Shown piece by piece: positions 21,546 to 27,659 of a stretch of 27,659 nucleotides of DNA (positions within the stretch are counted from its first letter, which is position 1; every line of letters starts with the position of its first letter). A model generated the notes under the pieces. It was not told the origin of the DNA. It made no database searches and saw nothing but the letters and a program-made list of their open reading frames with translations. Source of the DNA: an uncultured Gammaproteobacteria bacterium (lineage in GTDB: Bacteria > Pseudomonadota > Gammaproteobacteria > UBA9214); the NCBI GenBank assembly GCA_963773065.1, contig CAVYZN010000030.1, forward strand, positions 1-27,659. Reading direction: 5' to 3'. A program made the position numbers and the translations under genes.

Positions 21546-21867
21546 ATGTCCGACTGGGTTGATGTCGCGGCCGTCGACGAGCTCGAAGCCGGCGGCGTGA
21601 TCGTGGTCGATGTCAACGGGGCCGAGGTCGCCGTGTTCAATATCGACGGCGAGTTCCATGCACTGGCGGATATTTGCACCCATGACGGGGGCACGCTGGC
21701 CGACGGCACCGTGGAAGGCCACGAGATCGAATGCCCGCGACACGGGGCCCGGTTCGATATCCGCACCGGCAAGGTCACGGCATCGCCCGCCTACGAAAGA
21801 TGTCACCACCTACCCGGTGCGGGTATTCAACGGCATGGTGCAGGTCAGGGATGTTTACCCGGACTGA
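21546..21867 (+). CDS. Rieske-type [2Fe-2S] ferredoxin (one frameshift near 21800)
   Basis: GGAGG RBS; DICTHDG and IECPRHGARFDIRTG Rieske motifs; ends TTYPVRVFNGMVQVRDVYPD. Confidence 0.9.
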
Positions 21868-21897
21868 AATCCGGGACACCCATAACAGTCAGCCAGA

Positions 21898-21984
<87 letters not shown>

Positions 21985-22008
21985 CAAACCTACCGGCGTG
22001 CATTTCCC

Positions 22009-22490
22009 TTACCGCTCCAGCAAGCGCTCCAGCATGGCGTCAATCTTGGCCATGCGCGCATCCAACACGTCCAGGCGTCCGATCAGCTCGCGGTACTGTT
22101 CCTGCGTGATGCTGGAGTGTCCCATGCAGCAGCCCATTTTGCCGCCTTTACCCATGCCGCCATGCATCATGCCCTGCATGCCGCCCTTGCCCATGCGGCA
22201 ACCCTCCTGGACGGGTCCCCGCATGCCAGGCTCCATCGCCATTCCCTCGTTCTTGTCGGCGGTACCCTGTTCGCCCATCGTCATCCCCGGGCCGACACCC
22301 ATCTCCATCCCGCTGGTCGGGGCGGCTGTCTCCTGAGATGGTACAGGCTCCACCACTTCTGTCGCTACCTTTGACCGCGCTTCCGAGTCCTGGCTCCTCC
22401 GGCTGCGCAGCCGTTTCCTCGGATAGCACCGGGGTAACTGACGAACAACAGGCCAGCCAGGGCAACTGGTATAAATCTCTTCATAACCAT
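22009..22490 (-). CDS. Secreted Met/Gly-rich hypothetical protein with C-terminal coiled coil (frameshifted)
   Basis: AAGGAG RBS, MVMKRFIPVALAGLLF signal, acidic/Pro linker, GCRMGKGGMQGMMHGGMGKGGKMGCCMGH, then RLDVLDARMAKIDAMLERLLER. Confidence 0.7.
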
Positions 22491-22958
22491 TGGGATAACT
22501 CCTTACTGTCTGGTATCCCGGATATAAAAATGTGGTTGCGTATCCCGGGGCTAATTTCGATACGGTGACCTTCCGTTTTCGACGGTACCCGGCTTACCGG
22601 CCGTTGCTTTAGAGCTGCAGCTTTGCCCGCGAGTTGCAACCTGGCTGTGGTTCTGCGGCGAGGCCAGTACCCGACCGCCAGCATCTGGAATCATTGATTT
22701 CATAACATATCGCGACGGATAAGAGGGTAGTGGAATTCCATGCAGTAACAGGTGAACACCCAGTGACACTCTTCCATAGATTTTATTTTCTATGTTGCTT
22801 GTAACCGCGGGACGACAGGCAATCCCCTGCTTTTTCAGCTAGCTGGCAGAAACAGCGGTGAATCGGCGCTGCAGAACGACAAATACGGTCCCGAGAAACC
22901 CTAACTGTTGACCGTGTTAGTCGGATAAGTATTGGATAATGCGCGACTAACTCGACGT

Positions 22959-22974
22959 CGCACGTGATATGCCA
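22959..22974 (-). promoter_or_regulatory. Possible sigma54 promoter
   Basis: Minus strand TGGCAT-ATCAC-GTGCG (GG-N10-GC) pointing toward the Met-rich gene, about 470 bp upstream of it. Confidence 0.35.
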
Positions 22975-23184
22975 GTAGCTATCATGTCGATGGCGTGAGG
23001 AGACACTCCCCAGGAGGTAACTCACCGATGTTTACCTTGACGAAACCGGCAAGACGGCAGAAGACACTACTTGCCCTGCTTGCCGTTGGCACACTGGCGG
23101 CGGTGAAATCCAACCGCGACCCTCGCGTACCGCCGGGTCCGACGGTATGAGAGGTGAACCAACGCCGTAAGGCAGGAGGTTGTT

Positions 23185-23792
23185 ATGAACATCAAGTACC
23201 GTAAATCATTACTTGTAGGCGCGATCGCGACGCTGATGGCTTCGCCTGGCTGGCTCGCCGCGCAGCAACTGCAGGCGCCGCAACCCGACAGTGAGCGCCA
23301 TGAGCAACAGATGGGCGACTCGGCAGCGCCATCCGGGGAACCCATCCAGTCAGAGCCAGCAGCGTGGAACCCGCGACGAACTCTGCAGGCGCGGCAACTC
23401 AGGGGGATCAACCTGTTGTCCGCCTTGACGCCCCACCACCTGAAGCATATGGACGTGGTCGACGCTTCAGGGGAGAAGTCGGTAAGATCGACGACGTGGT
23501 TCGCAGCCGCGAAGACGGGCTTATCTATGCGGTAGTCTCCTACGGCGGGATACTGGGAATCGGCGCGAAGGAAATCCCCATTACCCTGCAAAAGTTGCAG
23601 GTGCACGGTGACAAACTGCGTATCGGCGCCACGGAGGAAGATATACGAAGCTGGGCAGAGTACCAGGAAGATCAGTTTGTCGAACTGAAACCCTCGAATC
23701 AGCCGATCAGCGATTTCGCCGCATTCGAGGTGACTCCTCCTAAAGGGATCGAAAAAGTTCCTGAGCCGAAGAAGCTGCCCGAGGAACGGTGA
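23185..23792 (+). CDS. Secreted PRC-barrel domain protein (frameshifted)
   Basis: AGGAGG RBS, signal peptide, DVVDASGEKVGKIDDVV, YAVVSYGGILGIGAKEIPI. Confidence 0.85.
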
Positions 23793-23808
23793 GTACGGTG
23801 GAAATCCT

Positions 23809-23845
23809 GCCGCCACGACTGCACCGCGTGTGCAGTCGTGGCGGC
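23809..23845. terminator. Perfect 16-bp inverted repeat between convergent genes
   Basis: GCCGCCACGACTGCAC-CGCGT-GTGCAGTCGTGGCGGC; no U-tract on either strand. Confidence 0.6.
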
Positions 23846-23954
23846 GGTGTCAATCGGCCGGCGGGTGTGACGGATCGTCTCAAGTGCCCGGTCGCAGGCG
23901 CGTGCCCCGTTGACTCACGCCAGCGATATTGACGAACGCCATCACCATCACAGG

Positions 23955-25313
23955 TCAGTCGCCACCTTTGAACATGGCGGGGGAGAGATGGTACCGCTGC
24001 AAGAGCCGGTAAAATTCAGTGCGGTTGCGACCGGCGAGCCGAGCCGCGTCGGTCACCTGGCCGTTGGTGATCTTCAACAATTGGATGAGGTAGTCGCGCT
24101 CAAAGCGTTGCTTCGCGTCCGCGTAGGTGAGGTTATCCATGGGCATTTCGCGCAATGCGCGGGACACCAGACTCGCGGGGATGAGGGGTGCGGTACTCAG
24201 GGCGCAGCACTGCTCCACCACATTCATGAGCTGGCGCACGTTTCCGGGCCAATCGCAGGCGGTGAGCATCTCCATGGCGTCGGGCGTGAAGCCGTTCACG
24301 GTGCGTCCATGTTTCTCACACAGGGTCTTGAGGAAATGGTGTGCGAGCGGGGGTATATCCTCTCGACGCTCCCGCAGCGGCGGTATGGCGCAGCTAACCA
24401 CGTTGAGACGGTAGTACAGATCTTCACGGAAAGCACCCTCGGCAATCGCCTGCTCCAGAACCTGGTGCGTGGCGGAAATGATCCGCACGTCCACCGCCAT
24501 GGATTGGCTAGACCCCAACGGTCGAACCTCCTTGTCTTCGAGCACCCTTAGCAATTTGGCCTGTAGCGCCAAAGGCATGTCGCCGATTTCGTCCAGAAAG
24601 ATCGTACCGCCGGTGGCGGATTGGAACAGTCCCTTGTAGGCCTTGACGGCACCCGTGTAGGCCCCTTTGGCGTGACCGAACAGCTCCGACTCCAAAAGCT
24701 GCTCCGGTATGGCCGCGCAGTTGATGGCAACGAACGGAGCATGGGAGCGCGCGCTGGCTTGATGGATGGCCCGAGCCAGGATCTCCTTGCCGGTACCGGA
24801 CTCGCCCTGAATCAGCACGCTTGCCTCAGTTGGCGCGACCAGATGCAGCTCCGCCAGCAGGGCCTCCATCGAGGGGCTGACCGAGATGATGCCGGCGCGC
24901 CAGGTCTCGTCGCGGCGCACCGGCTCCATCACCTGCTCGGGACGCAGGGCGACCGCCCGCTCGAGCAAGGCCAGCAGCTCCCCGGCATCGAAGGGCTTGG
25001 TCAAATAGCCGAACACACCCTGCTGGGTGGCTTTCACCGCGTCCGGGATGGTGCCATGGGCTGTCAGCACGATCACCGGTAGTGCCTGGTCTTGACTATG
25101 GATATGCTGAAACAGCGCCATCCCGTCCATGCCTTCCATGCGCAGATCGGTGATCACGGCCTGAGGGCGTGACACACCCATCATAGACAGGGCTTCACCG
25201 CCGCTGGAGGCCGTCTGCACCTCGTAGCCGGCCGACTGGAGGCGCAGGGACAGCAGCCGAAGCAAATCGGGATCATCGTCCACGAGGAGAACCCTGCAAC
25301 GGCGGCTGTTCAT
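23955..25313 (-). CDS. glrR: Sigma54-dependent response regulator, GlrR/QseF (YfhA)-like
   Basis: Receiver domain (LLVDDDPDLLRLLSLRL, TDLRM, LTAHGTIPDAV.ATQQGVFGYLTKP), GESGTGKE, GAYTGA, WPGNVRQL, and the C-terminal AARLAGRNRTEFYRLL typical of GlrR. Confidence 0.85.
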   Translation of the reverse strand: MNSRRCRVLLVDDDPDLLRLLSLRLQSAGYEVQTASSGGEALSMMGVSRPQAVITDLRMEGMDGMALFQHIHSQDQALPVIVLTAHGTIPDAVKATQQGVFGYLTKPFDAGELLALLERAVALRPEQVMEPVRRDETWRAGIISVSPSMEALLAELHLVAPTEASVLIQGESGTGKEILARAIHQASARSHAPFVAINCAAIPEQLLESELFGHAKGAYTGAVKAYKGLFQSATGGTIFLDEIGDMPLALQAKLLRVLEDKEVRPLGSSQSMAVDVRIISATHQVLEQAIAEGAFREDLYYRLNVVSCAIPPLRERREDIPPLAHHFLKTLCEKHGRTVNGFTPDAMEMLTACDWPGNVRQLMNVVEQCCALSTAPLIPASLVSRALREMPMDNLTYADAKQRFERDYLIQLLKITNGQVTDAARLAGRNRTEFYRLLQRYHLSPAMFKGGD

Positions 25314-25715
25314 AGGACGTGCCCGGGCATCCTCAACTGAGATATTGTCTGCTCGGGGGTGTTCCGGCTACCCGCAGAAAACCTCATCCCTGACGCTCAG
25401 AGGTTCCTTCTTGTCTTCAAACCCTCGGGTTTCCGTTTATTGCCATTCAGCCGATCGATTTTTTGTGGCCGACCCTGCGTGTATTCGCGCTCCTGTCCAC
25501 CAAACCGTTGCTTGAGCATTATGACGATTACCTCGGGAGTGAACCGTTGGCGGCATATTCCAGCTGGCGTACTGCATGTTGATAGCCTAGCAGATCCTCG
25601 AGGCATTGACGCAAATCACAAGCACTGTGACTCAGGAAACCACACTACCGGATGATCGATCTACAAATGCACTCCCGCCGAGATCGGGGGGCGGGGGCGA
25701 ATCCGCTAAGCTGGG

Positions 25716-26320
25716 CTAACTGCCTTTCTGGTGGTTGCGCTCAGCGAGCCGATCGGTAAGCGTGTCGATGCCGCCTTGCGGATCTCGGCGGCAAAGCTGC
25801 TCCGGTTGCTGGCCACCATACTGACGCCCTCGATTGTCACATCGTAGACTTTCCACTCGCCGCCCTTGAGATGCATGCGGTAGTCGATGGGTATCGGTGG
25901 CCCATTCTGCTGTTGCACCTCGGTATTCACCACCACCTCATCGGCAGCGGCGGGCGCGTGCAGGGGCTTGTAATCAATCTGCTGATCCTTGTATTTCGCC
26001 AGCGACACGGCATAGAAGCGCACCAGATGCGTGCGGAACTCCTGGATGAAGCGTTGCTGTTGTTGCGGATTCGTATCACGCCAATAATGGCCCAGCACCA
26101 GCTTCGCCGTGGCATCGAAATCGAAGTGCGGCGCCACGATTCGGTTCACCAGATTGTAGATATAGGTGGTGTCACGCTGCGCAAGGTCCGGCTCTTTCTT
26201 GAGAGACTGGATTACCTGGTTCGAGACGTCGACCACCAACTGTTGCGCGGAGTCCGCCGCGCCACCGGCCACACCGGTGACAAACAGCGCGGTCGCCAAC
26301 AATAACGCCTGTCGTTTCAT
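25716..26320 (-). CDS. mlaC: MlaC/Ttg2D family periplasmic phospholipid-binding protein (frameshift near C-terminus)
   Basis: AAGGAG RBS, signal peptide, PHFDF, LVLGHYWR, IDYRM, WKVYDVTIEGVSMV. The shifted frame gives GGIDTLTDRL and stops at 25716-25718. Confidence 0.88.
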
Positions 26321-26366
26321 CTGATACGCTCCTTACTCACTGGAACCATTGACACACAGTATAACC

Positions 26367-26382
26367 AGCAGATAGGATGCCA
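26367..26382 (-). promoter_or_regulatory. Sigma54 promoter upstream of the mlaC-like gene
   Basis: Minus strand TGGCAT-CCTAT-CTGCT (GG-N10-GC) about 45 bp before the start codon. Confidence 0.55.
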
Positions 26383-26460
26383 ACACTCGGCAAACCGCAT
26401 ATTTTCAAAGAGATACACTGCATAACCCCGCTCCGGCAGGCGTTGTTGGGACAGGGATCT

Positions 26461-26543
26461 TGTCGTGCCGCGGCGACGCTTTAGCAGGCATTACGATTAG
26501 GCGATTGAAAGGATAGGAGTTTGCCTGTCTTTCTGCGGCGTCA
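26461..26543. promoter_or_regulatory. Two GlrR-type activator sites (TGTC-N10-GACA, one mismatch each)
   Basis: TGTCGTGCCGCGGCGACG (26461-26478) and TGTCTTTCTGCGGCGTCA (26526-26543). Confidence 0.45.
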
Positions 26544-26625
26544 GATCTAAGCACAAACGACCTGACAATCGAGGCCGGTTCCTCGGATGATCCTTTAATC
26601 CGTGTATGACGAAGGGGATTTCACT

Positions 26626-27131
26626 ATGAAGAAGTTCATGTCGATTCCAGTAACTTTGGCCGGTTTCTGTTCATGGCGAATGCGGCCGTCATGGCGGGTA
26701 AATTCGATGCCAAGATTCCCATGTCCGTCGGGACCGCCACGACCTATTATGTCCAGGGCCGGTTTGGCAACCTGGAAGCCACTGACTTCATGGTAGACAC
26801 AGGCTCGGGTTTTCTGACCATCAACAAACCCACGCTCGACGAACTGCTCGAACGAGGTTTGGCGACCTACAAGCGGGATCTACCCGGCGTTATGGCCGAT
26901 GGCACCGAAGTAGTGGTTCCTGTCTATCAGGTGGCACAATTCAGCATCGGTCCCTGTCTGCTACAGAATGTGGAGGCGGCGGTATTCCCATCCACGAAAC
27001 GTCAGATCCTCGGTCTGAATGTCCTGAACCGGTCCGCCCCTTTCATCTTTTCCGTGAATCCACCCGAGCTGGTACTAAGCCATTGCACCGAGGAAGGCTG
27101 GCGAGGCCAGGTCTCTTCCTTAGCCAATTAG
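26626..27131 (+). CDS. Secreted retropepsin-like (clan AA) aspartyl protease (frameshift in signal peptide)
   Basis: FMVDTGSG catalytic motif, ADG, ILGLNVL; N-terminus MKKFMSIPVTLAGF lies in the adjacent frame. Confidence 0.88.
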
Positions 27132-27175
27132 TGTCCGTCCCGAATGGCACTTACTTAGGCGATTCCATCATCGAT

Positions 27176-27300
27176 GATGGGTTAGACACGCCGTTGTGCC
27201 GTAACCCACTGGGTCTGCCGCCAGGCACTCACTAAAAGATGCGTTGTGTTGCCGCGCAACGCTTGATGGGTTACGCAAAAAACGCTAACCCATACCCTAC
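27176..27300. repeat. Inverted doublet of GTAG-family REP-like palindromes
   Basis: GATGGGTTAG...CGTAACCCA (27176-27208) and, on the minus strand, GTAGGGTATGGGTTAGCG-T6-GCGTAACCCATC (27265-27300), with a hairpin between them. Confidence 0.6.
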
Positions 27301-27527
27301 TTTTCGGCTTATGTAAGCGCCATTCGATGCCAACCCGGGTTAGACGCGACGATACCTCCGGTTCGGGCTGCTAAACTAACAAGAAAAGCCACTTCCGTAT
27401 CATTCGCTGCGTGATCCCGGCAGAGGAAGTGTGCATCGGCGACCTTAGCGCTGTCGGCGGTCCTTTGTATTCCGTGTAAACCTGGAAGCTTGCAAGGGGA
27501 CAGGATGAAGGGCAGGAGCATTAGCAC

Positions 27528-27659
27528 GTGACGAACGGCGCCACGCCACAGCCACAGGCCCGGCCCTTCATTGTCAAGGACTGCGCCCTCATCGCGCTGG
27601 CGACCGGACAGAAGGCGCGAACCTGAAAGAGCTCCGCGATAACCTGCAGCGCGTGGAAA
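27528..27659 (+). CDS. DUF5752-like protein, 5' part (runs off the window; frameshift)
   Basis: AGGAG RBS, GTG start, PFIVKDCALIALATGQKA then NLKELRDNL. Family recognised from memory. Confidence 0.6.

Noticed and set aside
27309-27527. RAYT transposase remnant beside the REP doublet
   Set aside because: Only HGIQR resembles the family; no HUH or catalytic Tyr motif, and it overlaps the upstream region of the next gene.

Overview
GC-rich proteobacterial DNA, probably gammaproteobacterial. Frameshifts are patchy, and a poly-C and a poly-A tract look like long-read consensus errors rather than true decay. Left 10 kb: a complete predicted extracellular electron transfer locus. It has mtrC-mtrA-mtrB on the minus strand, with a divergent PdsA-like diheme cytochrome and a CymA/NapC-like tetraheme quinol dehydrogenase. 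Next come an IS91/ISCR transposase remnant, a class II (c'-like) cytochrome, and an unusual diheme c5 fused to a His/Met-containing, P19-like domain. Middle (10-17 kb): an AT-richer accessory stretch. It holds a PilZ protein, a Cys-rich secreted protein, a strong sigma54 promoter ahead of an unannotated 32-aa membrane peptide and a hairpin cluster, MipA/OmpV, a YHS-like protein and a lone AmmeMemoRadiSam radical SAM gene. 17-22 kb: a suf operon (sufB-C-D-U, DUF59, Rieske ferredoxin) with an IscR-type site and no sufS. Right end: an orphan GlrR-like sigma54 activator among exported-protein genes (Met/Gly-rich, PRC-barrel, MlaC-like, retropepsin-like) with candidate TGTC-N10-GACA-like sites, then a REP doublet and the start of a DUF5752-like gene.
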